A DNA stretch of 64,000 nucleotides. Source: the human T2T-CHM13v2.0 reference genome, Homo sapiens. The translations under genes and the position numbers were made by a program. The stretch lies in NCBI RefSeq assembly GCF_009914755.1, contig NC_060927.1; one strand, given 5' to 3'. Positions 27,731-46,257 of this stretch are shown here, one piece after another (positions within the stretch are counted from its first letter, which is position 1; every line of letters starts with the position of its first letter). The notes under the pieces are model-generated. The model worked only from the letters and a program-made list of their open reading frames with translations. It was not told the DNA's origin and did no database searches.

Positions 27731-29886
27731 ACAAACACTGATGCAAGAAAGTGGCAGAGAGGCAGACAGGCACCTTAACAGAGAAGCAGCCAAGCTCGCT
27801 GGGAGGGTGGGCTGTATGTGCCACAATAGTCAACAGCCCCTCCTGGGGTCAGTTTAGCCAGCAGAATCTTTTGAGTTCAATTTGCACATTCTGCCTGAGA
27901 CAGAAAAGGAACTAAAAATTCCATCAGAGTATTTATCCAGTCCTCATCGTGGATGGCAAAAAAGCCTAGCTGGGTGACAGTGGCCAAAGGGGACGTGTGC
28001 TGACACAAGAGGTGACCATAGTGTGCTCTGTGCTGACTCCTGGGACAGGCATCTCCCTCTAGCCCCTCAGGCTGAGCCCTGTGCTGAAGAGAGAGAGTGC
28101 ACAATGCAGGTCAGCCCAGCAGCGGGAGGCCCCACATCAGCCCCATCAGGTGGCAACCGACCACAAGCCCCCTGTGGAAGCCCATCGAGTCTGGTTGGTG
28201 CAGCAGCCCTTGGCAATCCAGAGGCAAAAGCTCCTAGGTGGAGATTAAACCATAGGAAAACTATTTACCCAGTTGGGATTTGATGGACAAGCACAGCCAG
28301 CCCTGAGTGATCTCTGGAAGAAGGTCTGTGGGGACTTTAAGGGGTGAAAGCATCCATGGAATGGGGTAAAAGCAACTTTTATAGCACCTGCCTGCACCTG
28401 GCCACACCAGGCAGTCCTCAAAGGTGTGTAGAACCCAATTACTCTAGTAAATAACAGATTCCAGTCATCGGTACCCAGATTTCCTGGGCTGGGAAGAAGG
28501 CAGACACCAGCAGAGGAGATCCTCTCTGTTTTGCAGATGGGTGCACAGGCTTAGGACCTTCGCAATGGGGAATGGCCTAGGCAGGACATTGAGGAGGGCT
28601 TGAGGAGAACCCTTGAGGTGAATTACAGCATAGGGTTAGGTCAAAGGGTTGGAGTGGGGGATTTCAGATTTGAGGCTGTAGTGCAGGGAATGGGAAAGAG
28701 TGCTACACGCCTGCCCCCAATCCCATATGCGTCATGAAATTCAGTATAGAAAAGTATATCTCATGAGCGAAATTATCTCAGCCAGAAACCTACAGAGCAG
28801 TCCAGAAAACCAAGCAGTGCAGATGAGAAGGACAAAAATCTGTCTTAAAGCCCTTGAGGAGGGAGATGAGGCTGGGAGAAGGAAAGAAAGGAAGGGGAGA
28901 AAAAGAAAGGAAGAAGGCAAAGAAGAAACAAAAAGAGGGAGGGAGGAGACGAGGGCTCCTAAATGAAATCCTTTAGATGAAGAAACTGCATATCCAAAGC
29001 CAGCCCATATGTGATAGGACATTTTTATTCTATTGGTTAGCATTTCAATAAAATCTATTGTTTTAAAATAGTACCATCAGACTTTCAGACAAGTCTGCTC
29101 TTCACTATAGCTTTCACTCTTGTGATAAAGGAAAAAAAAGAGTTTAAAATTAAACATAAATGATAAAAACCTCAAAATTTTCAAGTCAAATTTCATTAAC
29201 TGATAAAGGTCTACCCTGAGCCCTGGGCAAGGGCAGTGGAACAGATTTGGTTAATTTGGAAGATTAAAGGCGTTCTGAATAATTGAGGCCACATTAGAGG
29301 GAGACTCCATAGTTTGAATGACATTCCAAAGTCAAGAGACTAAAGAGCTAAGAGTTCTTACCCTAAAAGCCTTGAACCTCAATGGCTGATAAGAAGAAAC
29401 AGAAAACACCAATTGGTAATCTACCTGTTTATACATAGATTTATCTTTCCTTTGGTTAAGGAATTTGACCAGTAGAGTCTTGAATATTTTAAGGTGTTCT
29501 GTATAAAGCAATGTGTTATCTTGACAGTTTATTAGCAACAAAGTCAAGAAGGTCAAAACTGAAGACTCCTTCTATAATTTTATTTCCGCTCTGCTTACAT
29601 CTTAATAAAAGGTGTCTCTTGCAACAGTAAACAGAAACCAATCTGCATTTGCAGGTGCAGAAAAGGTGCTTTCAAATATATTATAATCACAGAATGGCAT
29701 AAGCTTAGAAGGATGAGCATTACTCAACATTCTTTAGACCTTGGCAAGATACAAAATGATCTTTCTTTTCTTGGTTAAACAGAAGTAAATGACGAAGTCA
29801 AAAGGATACAAATCTAAACCAGTTAAGACTATGTTCATTTTGTTATTGTTGTTATTAATAGTAATAACTTATGCAGTCCTTTATAG

Positions 29887-30208
29887 CAGGGATCCCCAAA
29901 TCCTGGGCCACGAACTGGTACCAGTCTGTGGCCTGTTAGAAACCAGGCTGCACAGCAGGAGGTGAGTGGCTGGCAAGTGAGCATTACTGCCTGAGCTCCG
30001 CCTCCTGTCAGATTGGCAGCAGCATTAGATTCTCATAGGAGTATAAACCCTATTGTGAACTGTGCATGCAAGGGATCTAGGTTACGTGCTGCTTATGAGA
30101 ATCTAACTAATGCCTGATGATCTGAGGTGGAACAGTTTCATTGGAAACCATCTTCCCCAACCCCCATGGCTGTGGAAAAACTGTCTTCCATGAAATCAGT
30201 CCCTGGTG
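29887..30208. mobile_element. MER1B (hAT-Charlie) DNA transposon lacking most of its right terminal ~20 bp
   Basis: cagggatcccc…gagctccgcctcctgtcag…attagattctcatagga…gggatctaggtt…ccctggtg; 8-bp TSD CTTTATAG/CTTTATAT. Confidence 0.88.
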
Positions 30209-30469
30209 CTTTATATGTTACTAACAATTTCCCACAGTTCATTGGTCAGCACTGCTTTGATTGAAGGTATGTGTGTTAGGGGCAGGTCGGACCTGAGTGT
30301 CTCATCCCTCACTCCGTCACACCTTATGAGGTAGCTCTTGAGGCTAAATGAGACACAGAATTTTAATAACCATAGCCATCAATTGTCTGATTTTATAATC
30401 TATTTACTGTCATGGCTATGGTTGCCTCCTTAACTTCTCTTTCCTCTTCTCTTGGTAAACATCAGGATT

Positions 30470-30990
30470 CTCATTCTAGAACCCACATCCTGCCCACTGT
30501 AGCCCATGTGCTTTGGTGGAAACTAAGGCACACCTGATTCCAGATTTGGGGCATGTAGGAAAATAAGTGTTATTCTGTCCCTAGGCCACAGTTAGTGGTT
30601 CAAGGCTAGGAATATAGCACAATGTGGGCCCGTGAAATTGTATGCTGGAGTTTTCTAGGAGGCCATAAGAAAGAGCATCCCCTCTTTTCCAAAAGACTCC
30701 CAGTGGGTTCCCATATTTACACACTGCAAATGTGGACAAGAAACCTGGTCCTCAAGTTGGAGAGTGATGGAGAATTATTCTCAGGATGAGGTTGGCACAC
30801 AGGAAGGCAAAAAAGGACAGAGAGAGAAAGAAATACACTGACATTGTGGTCTGCTGAATCACACCCATCCTGAAGCTCGCCATAGTTCTAGACCTCTAAT
30901 TACATGAACTAATAAATTTTTTTGATTACTTAAGCTAATTTGATTTGGATTTTCTGTTACTTGTAACTGATTTTACCCTAACTGATATAG
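30470..30990 (+). mobile_element. Old MLT1/LTR16-type LTR remnant
   Basis: 3' end ttacatgaactaataaattt…ttaagctaatttgatttggattttctgttacttgtaac is typical of MLT1-like LTRs. Confidence 0.55.
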
Positions 30991-31754
30991 TTACTAAGTG
31001 AGGTTGTTTGATCAAATGTTCTCTCTTCATTTTAGAGATAAGTGTGAAGTTCTAATATTTTATATGACACAAGAGTGCATAGCTAGTAATTGACGAAACA
31101 AAGGCACAAATTCAAATCCACTGACTCCAAGTTCAAGTGCTCTTTCTTTTGACATGTGCTCTGTCCATGATATGGTCCCAAAAAGCCCCTTTTTCAGATT
31201 TATGACTGCCACTAGGTTTGAATTTAAATATTCTAACATTATGCAATTGAAATACAAATTTGAGTATTGGCTCAAAAAATTATCTGTTAATGAGTAGCAG
31301 TGTTATTTTTTATAGAAAAGCACCATCAACCCACTTGTGGACTGGGCAGTAAACTCATCAAACACCTCCACTCATATCACCACCAACAATATCAGGCATG
31401 AAGACAGGCTGGCCAAAATATGGTAGATGGCTAGGTATGTTGTTCTTATAGGAAAGGTTATAAAATATATTAAAACAGAAGTCCTAGGTCAGTTATTTAA
31501 TGCCAGTTAACAACATTGGTGATTAGGCAGTGTAGAATCTTAAACATAGTTGTCTTCCAAGAGTTTGTTATCTAATGGGAAGAGAGAAGATATTGATACC
31601 CTCTCCTGCTACACCTTCTCTCCACTATATTCCTTTCCCATAGCCCGGTTGTAAGATTAACTCTGTGTACATACATGCTAAATAATTGAGGGTGGATCAG
31701 GAATCTTTCTACAGTCACAGAAAAGAGAGCCCAGCTTTGCGTAAAAATCAACTA

Positions 31755-32060
<306 letters not shown>

Positions 32061-32394
32061 AATGAATTGTATAAAAGTGGGTACAGGCAGGAGGAACAGA
32101 AAGAAAATAGAATAAAGGAAAGTGATTTGTTCCCTGAAGTGATACCTCAGGTCATCAAAGATGTAAACGCAAGTTGAACCAAAGGTGAAAAAACTTTGGG
32201 CTGCCTAGAGGTAAAACAGACATCAATTATCATTCTTTTAAGTTAACATTATTTTTATTACAACTAATTTCAGACTGATAGGGAGGAGTATGAACTAGGC
32301 AGTTATAGCCTATAGCTCCTATAGAAAGGGTTATGCTCTTTCCACTACTTGGAATATTGACTTCTTCTCTTTTAAAATTTCTGCATGGTAAGAA

Positions 32395-32610
32395 GGTTAA
32401 GAATAGTGCTCAGGAGTTCTAGATTCAAGATAGATTTATAAATCTCGATCCAAAGCCCATTTCCAACATTAACTATTACACGACTGCCTGACTGGACAAA
32501 TTACTGAATCTCTTCAAAACTATTTCCTCATCTACAAAATGGGTTGTTGTAAGGATTAAAAATACCTGTGAAATATTTGAGAAATAGTAAGTATTCAATA
32601 AATTGAAGAT
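32395..32610 (+). mobile_element. MIR fragment
   Basis: ctggacaaattactgaatctct…tttcctcatctacaaaatggg…gttgtaaggattaaa. Confidence 0.65.
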
Positions 32611-32650
32611 GCTATTAACTGCCATATTCCAATCATCGTTAAAAACTTTG

Positions 32651-32984
<334 letters not shown>

Positions 32985-33489
32985 TCAAGCGTTCTCTGGC
33001 TTCCCATAAACCCTGATCATCTGACCTAGAGCAGCTACTGAAGCAGCAGTTACTAAGGCTCTTCTAAAAGCTCTGGCTGCCAACTCCAGAGAGGGCTTCA
33101 GTATTAACTCTTTCCATTCCAGACCCAATCCTTCTTAGCTGGTTTTGCAGACTCTCAGTAGGCTAAAGATCACTCCCCTACATCACTGGTTTGTTTTCTG
33201 GGTTCCTGGGCTCTTTCCCAGGTTGTCTTAGCTCAGATATGCCTGCCCTAGAAGTAAGCAACTTCTGATGACCCAGGTTAGCATCCTGGAGAAGGGGTAG
33301 CTCTTGGTGGGAACCATTGTGTAAGGCAGGATTCATTTGATCCTTTTTCACAGAGGGTCTGGGAAACTGCAAAGGCTCACATATCTTTCTATATTCTGGT
33401 AAAGACTATGAGTCTCAAGGGCTCCTATATTGGCCTTGTCTGAGAATCCTTATTACAGTTCCAAGCACAAGCTCAGGTAAGATTTTATA

Positions 33490-34075
33490 TCAGTTAAGGT
33501 ACAGTCAGGAGACAGAAAGCACCAAAGAAATGTGAATAGAGAGAATGTAATATAAAGAATGGTATAAGGCTATTAACCAAGAAACAGAGAGAATGAAAGA
33601 ACATTAAGGTATTATGGAGGCAGCAACTGCAGGAAACAGCTATCATCTCTAGGGCTTGGAGAACAAAGTAGTTTGCAATTATTAAAACTTAAAGAAGGAA
33701 AAAAAATTACAGGAGGGACATTGACTTCTGGGGGGAGTGGAGGGGTGGCAGCTGACTAGTGCTATTGTCTCAAGGGGAAAAAATAAAACTGATCTTCCAG
33801 GTAGTGGAAAATCTGTAAACCAAATTCAGGTACTGCTACAAAAAGGAACTGCTGCTGCCAGAGTGAAGAAGCTTTACTGAGTGACACCCAAAGGAACAAA
33901 AAGCAAACAGAAAGGAGTTAAGTCCCTTCTTCTTCCTTTAGTCTCTCAGTCTCCCTCTTAGTACCCCATACTGGCAACATGAATAAGTAACCAGCTGGCA
34001 AACCATAAATATGATTGGTAGAGTATCACATTTATGATGGCTTTGGAGGTAAGAGACAATAGCTTAATGATTGAC
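33490..34075. mobile_element. Old ERV LTR remnant (LTR78/79-like)
   Basis: cagtcaggagacagaaagcac…agagaatgtaatataaagaat…gcagcaactgcaggaa resembles a remembered ancient LTR consensus. Confidence 0.4.
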
Positions 34076-35119
34076 AGAAAGCACCTATCCTTCCCCTTGA
34101 CCAGAGATTTTCTACACTGGGAAATTGTGGAGGTTCAGAGACATCCACTATGCTCTTCCCTATTTCAAAGGACCCCCAACATTTAGCCCCAGTAGCCCCT
34201 GAAGAAGCCAGTGATTTCCCAAGAATATAAAAGACATAAAGGGCCTCCTAAAACTGCCCAGACTAGATCTAGTTCCTAGGTTATAAATCCTATTAAAAAT
34301 GAGAACAACTAAGAGAAAAGCCAAGTCTCTAATATCCACAAATGCCTAAATACTGTCTCCTATGACCATTACCACTGCTCCACCAAGGTTCCTAAGATGA
34401 TTGATAGATAGATAGAACAAAGCCAAAAATGCATGATCTTTATTACCATGAGTTGTTTACCCCAATTCCAATGTGGTCCTTGGTGACCAGACTCAACCAC
34501 ATGGAAGACCCCTTTTGCCTAAGAGGCATATAAGCATAGCAAACTCAGAGACCCCCTAGATCCCTTTCCCATAAGCTGACACTCACATCTTAATCCTCTG
34601 AATATTACCACTCTAATGGGAAGGAAAAGCAATTCCAAGGAAAAGCACACCAAGAAAATAGTTTCTTCCCACCATCCAAGCTTACACACCAAGGCAGGTA
34701 AGCTCTTCCCAGGAGGAAAAAAGAAGCAAAAGAATAGGGTTACCCTTACGCCTCTCACCAAGGCCCAACTCCAGGTAATATGGGCCAATAAATGTCCTTA
34801 GACCTGTTTGGAAACAAAGCAAGGAAACAAAAAATGGTTCCAAGATGAGTCATGAGCTCCCAATAGACTAAAATTACCCTGACTATTCTTTTTCCCTAGT
34901 ATGGCTGTTCTTCCTCAAAATAATATTCCAGTAGCATATCCAAAAAAAACTCAGTCCTTCATAAAGCCACATTTCCCATCCTTGTTCCCAATTTTATAAA
35001 TAGACTTAAAATCCAAGAGATGACCAGTTTAGCTCATCAAAACTATTGCCTACAGGAACATCTGAGATGGGTTCAAACAAAACATTAAGTTGTCACCAAG
35101 GACATATATTACATAAGGC

Positions 35120-35440
35120 CATATTAGTCCACATTGTGCTGTTATAACAAAATACCACAGACTGGGTAATTTGTAATGAAGAGAAATTTATTGATTTGTG
35201 GTTCTAGAGGCTGGGAAGTCCAAGATCAAGGGACCAGCATTTTATGAGGGCCTCCTTCCCTCCATAGCAAAAGGGCAAAGAGAGAATAAGAGAGAGCAGG
35301 AGATAACAAAACTCATTCTTTCATAAAGAACCCACTCCCTCAACAATGACATTAATTCATTCATAAAGGCAGAGCTCTCATGGCCAAATTACCTCCCATT
35401 AGGACCAACCTCCCAACACTGTTTCATTGAGGATTACCAC
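35120..35440 (-). mobile_element. MSTC/MSTD MaLR LTR fragment
   Basis: tattagtcc…gttataacaaaataccacagactgggtaattt…ggctgggaagtccaagatcaag. Confidence 0.75.
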
Positions 35441-35449
35441 TAGCACTTC

Positions 35450-36740
35450 TTAAAATTCAAGCACAGTACACAGGCACCCACAAAAGATCATTGGAAACTG
35501 GAAACATTGATTTTCAAACTAAATATCTCAGTAAATTAATTGACAGAGAAGTGGTTAACAGCGAGACACAATTAATGCCCTGGAACACCAATTATAAGAA
35601 CAATCTCAAATCACAGAAAAAAAAAATGGTAAAGTGAAAGATAAAAGACTTAAAGGATAAATTCAAGATAATAGAAATGCCAATAATAGGAGTTCTAGAA
35701 ATCACAAATGAAATACAGGAATGAGAAGAAATAATTAAATAAAAAATAAAAGAGAACTTCCTAAGATAAAGGAAAATTCAAAATTTCAGATTAAAATTAC
35801 ATTAAATTACAGACAAATTTGACTGAAAAAGATATTCCCAAGCATATCCTCTTAAAACTGCTGAATTCCAAGGATAACAAATATATTATAAGTTTCTAAC
35901 AGGAAAATTAATTATCTACTAAGAAGTAGTATAAAACTCCTTATCAACCACATTGGAAACTAGATGTTGGTGTACTATCTGAAAAACTACTGAGAGGAAA
36001 GAATTGCAACCCAAGAATTCTGTATCCAACCGTGATATTATTTAACTGTCAGAAGGAAAAAATAATAATTTGTAGATATGCATGTCATTCATATTTCACC
36101 AGAATAAAATGCTCAAGAAAGCACTATAATAAAAAACAAACGAATCATAACAGAAAACTCAATATCTAACATAATGAAGAGGAGAGGAAACAATGATGAA
36201 TATAAAGCTTTGCAGCCCATGTGTGTGTGAGAGAGAGAGAGACAGAGACAGAGATGGAGACAGAGACAGACACAGAGAAAACAATAAATGGATACTGATA
36301 AACTATGGGAATGAATGATGTAGGCACTAAATAAGGATTATTAAAATAGAAGGAATAAACATCAGTGAAAATTTTAATAATGTCTAAGAACAAAAAGAAC
36401 TAAACTATTTCAGCAAAATTTTAAGGTCAGGATGTTGATGTATTCCAAAGTGTCACCTGGGTTGGGGCTGGAATTTATTAGATGATGAAAGTTAACGTAT
36501 TCTTAAAGTTTTATTTTATTGACATCATGGTAAGAGAATAAGAGGGGGGATACAGGGTCTTGATAAGAGAAATAGGCAAAATGTTTAAAAATTAAATAGT
36601 AGAGAAATATGTATATGAGTTTGAATAACACAAAAGAGAAGGGCAAAGTATAGTAGAACTTCCAAATTAACAACAGGAGACAAATTAAATGAATATCAAC
36701 TTTAACAAACCAGCAAAAACAATAATAATTTTAAAATAAT
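35450..36740 (+). mobile_element. Old L1M ORF1 region; apparently continues as ORF2 endonuclease-like sequence at ~41330-41890 and ~52253-52660
   Basis: A-rich L1 ORF1-like motifs (aataataggagttctagaa, caacccaagaattctgtatcc). Downstream pieces: aaagctggatagagcattttaaaatcaga and aatatagtagaaggattcaaaacttctctttcagaaatgg. Confidence 0.6.
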
Positions 36741-37888
36741 ACTCATTTGGATTATTTAAATACTTTAAGTATTCCATTTTAATTTATCTATTGGCTTTTT
36801 GGTTATTTTTTTGTTTTATCTTATTTCTAATGGCTGCTCTAGGGATTTTAAGATAAATATCTAACCTTACCATCTCAGTCTAATTAGAGATCATTATGTA
36901 CCACTTTTTATAAAAGTAGAAGACTCCCAACCATATAGCTCCCTTCACCAAACTTTATGCTATAAATATTATATATATTGCATATTTGCACAGTGAGAAA
37001 CCCTATGTTTTTGCTTTTTTCAGTCATACATAATTTAAAGACTTTAAGAGAAAAAAAGTCTTTTGTATTCACTGAGAGATTTGCCACTGTTGTTTTTCCT
37101 TCATTTCTGAAGATTCTTTCATCCTGAAAAAAACTTTCGTAGACATTTCTGAGAAAGCAGATCTACCCATGATGATTCTGTTAGCTTGCCTTCATCTAAG
37201 AAAAGCATCTTCATTTTATCTTCATTCCTGATGGATATTTTCACTGGACATAGAATTTGAGGTTGACAATTCATTTCTTTCAGTATTTAAAGTTTTCGTT
37301 TCATTCTCTTCTGTCCTTCAAGGTTTTTGATGAGCAATCTATAATCATTCTAATTATTGCCTCCCTGTATGTAACATGTAATTTTTCTCTAGCTGCTTCC
37401 AAGACTTGCTGCTTTATTTTTTCTTACATCACTTTGACTATGCTGTATCTGGGTGCAGCTCTCTGAGTTTGTCTTGTTTAGGTTTCACTGAGCTTCCTGA
37501 ATGTAAATGTATGGGCTTTTCCCCTCCAGATTTGGAAAGTTTTGCTGTTATTTCTTAAAATGTGTTTTCTCTCACAATCTCTTTTTCTTCTAATTCTAGA
37601 ACTTCCATAAAATTTATGTTAGAGCTTTTAATATTGCTCCACAGGTCTCAAAGGCTCTGTTCATTTTTTTCAATCTTTTATTTTTTTGTTCCTCAGATTG
37701 GACAATTTCTATTGATCTATCTTCAAATTCACTTATTTATTTGTCTTACCCACCATGCTATTATGCTTATCCAGTATATTTTTCTAGTTTACATATTGCA
37801 TTTTTAGTTCTAAAATTTTCATTTTATTCTTATAATTTTTATTTCTCTTCAGAGAGCTCACATTTTTTTCATTTACTTCAAGCATGTT

Positions 37889-40467
<2,579 letters not shown>

Positions 40468-40699
40468 GTGTTTAACTTAACATCATGGAGCATAGATATT
40501 AAAAAAAGTTTAAAAACTTTGTCTGATAATTCTAACATCTGAGTGATCTCAGGATTGGTCTCTGTTGATTGCCTTTTCCCCTGAGAATTGATCACATTTT
40601 TCTGGTACTTTGTATGTCAAGTATCAGATTGTTATGTCATGTAGACTTTGGGTTCTATTAATAATCCTTTGTGTTGATGAGTATGTAAAACTGGGTCTC

Positions 40700-41315
40700 T
40701 CATATATCTCCAGAATATTAAAAGGTTTAGCCACTTTACAAAACAGTTTTTCAGTATCTTGTAAAGTTAAACATATAACTGCTATGTAACTCAGCCATTT
40801 TATTCCTACATATTTGCCCAAGATACATAAAAACACATGTCCATACAAGGACTGCTACATGACTGTTCACAGCAGCTTTCTTCATGAACTCCCAAAACTG
40901 GAAAAAAACCATATATTCATCAATTGGCCACTGAATAAACAAATTGTGATATATCCATAAAATGGAATATAAAAGAAATGAACTATACCTACACACAAAA
41001 TAGATGAGTCTCAAAATCATATGCCCTTTGAAATAAGTCAGGCAAAAAAGAGTGCATACTATATGATTCCACTCATATAAAATTTTATATTTAAACTAAT
41101 GTATATTAGCAAAAAGCAGAACAGTGTTTGCCTAAAGACAGGAGTGAAGAGAGGAGAGAATATTAAGAAACACAAAGAAACTTTTGCAGGTGTTAGAAAT
41201 ATTTGTTATCTTGATTGAATATGGCTTACAAATGTATACATATATCAAATGTGATCAAACTGTCCACTTTAAATCTGTACATTTCATGTGATTTAATTAT
41301 TTATATCTCAGTAAA
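40700..41315 (+). mobile_element. L1MB/MC-type 3' end fragment
   Basis: tttagccactttacaaaacagttt…cagccattttattcctac…aaacaaattgtgatatatccataaaatggaat…tactatatgattccactcatataa. Confidence 0.7.
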
Positions 41316-41335
41316 TGGGATGAAAAGAGGACCAA

Positions 41336-41844
41336 ACCATGTAATGAATACAAAGCATAAAACAAGAGAGATGGAATACCATCAAATATATCATCCTTAC
41401 ATTGTGCATGATTTCATTTTTCCACTAAAAGATAAAAGACAAAGTGTGTTTTCTCTTTAAAAAAAAATCTAAGCTTAAAAAAAAACACTTAAAGCAGTCA
41501 TGAGAGCTTGAAAATAAAGAGATATACAATGAAATCATGGGAAAATATAGATAAAAGAAAGCTGGATAGAGCATTTTAAAATCAGATCACCATGTAATGA
41601 ATACAAAGCATAAAACAAGAGAGATGGAATACCATCAAGTAAATCAATCCTTACATTGTGCATGATTGAATTCTTCCACCAAAAGATAAAAGACAAAATA
41701 AGTTTATTTTCTCTTTTAAAAAAATTCTTACCTTAAAAGAAACACTTAAAGCAGTCACGAGAGGTTGAGAACAAAGAGATATACAATGAAATACTGGGAA
41801 AAATATAGATAAAAGAAAGTTGGATGGAGCATTTTAAAATCAGA
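41336..41844 (+). repeat. Diverged tandem duplication of a ~253-bp unit (41336-41588 and 41589-41844)
   Basis: Both copies begin accatgtaatgaatacaaagcataaaacaagagagatggaataccatcaa and end gagcattttaaaatcaga. Confidence 0.92.
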
Positions 41845-41934
41845 CAAGGTTATTTAAAAACAAAAACAAAACAAAAAAAAACTTTTTTTAAAGCAAGATC
41901 AGCTGGGCTCAGTGGCACATGCCTGTAATCCCAG

Positions 41935-42432
41935 TGAGGGACTAAGTGGCTAAATTGGCTGGACTTCCTGGGTCAATAGGGACTTCCCTAAGGGGACTTT
42001 CACCTAAGCCAAAATGAGTCACAGCTGCAAGCTAAGGGATTGAAACTTCAACCAATTATATAGGGAGTTTAAGCTCTAGCTGCAGCCTAATGTTGGCTCA
42101 CCAACCCACAAGCAGAGAGAAAATAAGCTAATTCTATAGGACAGAAAAAAGAAAAGGGGAGGGGTCATAAGGGGATATAAGCATAAGACACCCATGCCAG
42201 GCCACCTTCCAGGTCCCCTTGCACCGTGTGGAAGTTTTCTTTCTCTTTCGCTTTACTTTCACTTTCGCTTTAATAAATCTTGCCACTGCACACTCTTTGG
42301 GTCTGTGCATTTCTCTAGTCAAGCTGTAACACTCCATGCTGTGGTCCACAGCTTCATTTCTTGAAGCCCATGAGACCACGAACCCTTTGATTGAGAAGAA
42401 AATCTTCAATCAGGAGAAGACTTCTTGTCTCA
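41935..42432 (+). repeat. 5' LTR (498 bp)
   Basis: TG…CA termini; AP-1 TGAGTCA at 42015-42021; CCAAT; TATA-like GATATAAG ~42174; AATAAA at 42272-42277. Confidence 0.95.
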
Positions 42433-42436
42433 TTTC

Positions 42437-42454
42437 TGGGGGCTCGTCCAGGAT
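42437..42454 (+). other. Primer-binding site complementary to tRNA-Pro
   Basis: TGGGGGCTCGTCCAGGAT(TT) versus the MLV-type PBS-Pro TGGGGGCTCGTCCGGGAT(TT): one mismatch, at a CpG. It starts 4 nt after the LTR. Confidence 0.93.
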
Positions 42455-42463
42455 TTCTCCAAA

Positions 42464-42472
42464 GCAGTGAGT
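42464..42472 (+). promoter_or_regulatory. Retroviral major splice donor (GCA|GTGAGT)
   Basis: GTGAGT at 42467-42472 just after the PBS, in the same context as HERV-W (CCAAAGCGGTGAGT). Candidate acceptors are ctcctttcag|ATG at 43770 and cctccccgtccctag| at 49542. Confidence 0.65.
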
Positions 42473-43770
42473 AACATCAGACCCCTTTTGCTTGCTATTC
42501 TTTTCTATCTTCTTGCTAGAAATTGGAGGAAAACACCAGGCACCTGTCGGCCATTTAGAAGTGACAAGTGTGGCTGCCGGACTTAAGACACAGGTATGAG
42601 GCTTTCTGGGAAAGGGCTCCCTAACAACCCCTGGCCCTCCAGGCTGAGAGTATTAGTTTGCCTAGAACCAATTCCACCTTTCTCTACCTTTCCTGGGAAA
42701 AGCCAAGGGCTGGCTAGAAGTGGAAAACTGTAGTCCTGAACTCCTGGCACTGACCAGGTCGAGATTATGGCACAGCGAGAAGCCTCTACTCTGCAGCTGC
42801 CCATGCATGCATTCCCTGCCTTTTCTGACCCATGCCTCCTGGGTCCTAATGTCCTCAGAGAAGACTTTCTTGAGGCCCTATCCTCCAGGATCCTTCCTAC
42901 CCCTGAGTCTAAGAATCTTTTGGCTAGGAGCCTAAGTCGAGTAGCGAAGCAATCCAAAGACCCTTGCTCATCGGGCCCCCAGGCTTATTCTTATGCAGAT
43001 GGGTATCAATATCCTTACACAGGACTTGTCCCTCATAACCTGTACCCTCGGCACTATCCGGGACATCAAAAGGCATGTCAGTGCTGATAGAAGGCCTAGG
43101 ACATTTTTCCTTTTGTTGGCCTAAACTTACTCCAGATTGTAGAGGCTACTTTAATTACTATCTTTCCTGTCTGGGATCAGTGATTAGAACTGTAGAACAT
43201 CTCCACTGGAAGCAGTCAGAAGTATGGGCCGAAAACAATATAACAGACAATAGGTCCCCTGGTCCAAGGCCAAAGGTCAGTGAATAATCTTATGAGGGCA
43301 AATGAGGACAGAAAATTCGGGTACAAAAAGCACTGTTTCAACCTTGGTCCTCCAATTCGCCATTGCCTACTCTAAAACTGTTGTGCTCCAGTTCCATTTT
43401 CATGGAATTCATCTTGCTGGGAAAGCTCCAAGCCCAGAAATATGCTAACTGGTGCCTGGTCTCTGAACTCAAAATACACCCCGAACCTAAGACCCACTCA
43501 CAGATGCAAAGGCAATTGTGAGCATGCTGGTAAGGAGCCACTAAAATCCAGCAGCCCCAGCTCCCTTTTTTTGCGGCTAAAAAAGTGAGGGAAATGAGTG
43601 CGGGCCAAAACTGCTACATCGGTAAGTGCAATTAAATCAGATCAGCAGGGTTCCATGGGTGATTGCACACCCTGGAAAGAAAAGGACACTAGAACCATAG
43701 GGGACACCCTAGGGCTATTGCTCACTAGGGGATGACTAGGGGTGCAGGCACTCCTATGTTCTCCTTTCAG

Positions 43771-46257
<2,487 letters not shown>

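Noticed and set aside
25751-28591. CRISPR-like repeat-spacer array
   Set aside because: Each repeat occurs only twice, the units are unrelated, there are no regular spacers or cas genes, and the context is primate DNA.
42437-42456. tRNA-Pro gene or pseudogene
   Set aside because: It is only the complement of the tRNA 3' end, positioned right after an LTR, which makes it a PBS. There is no cloverleaf.
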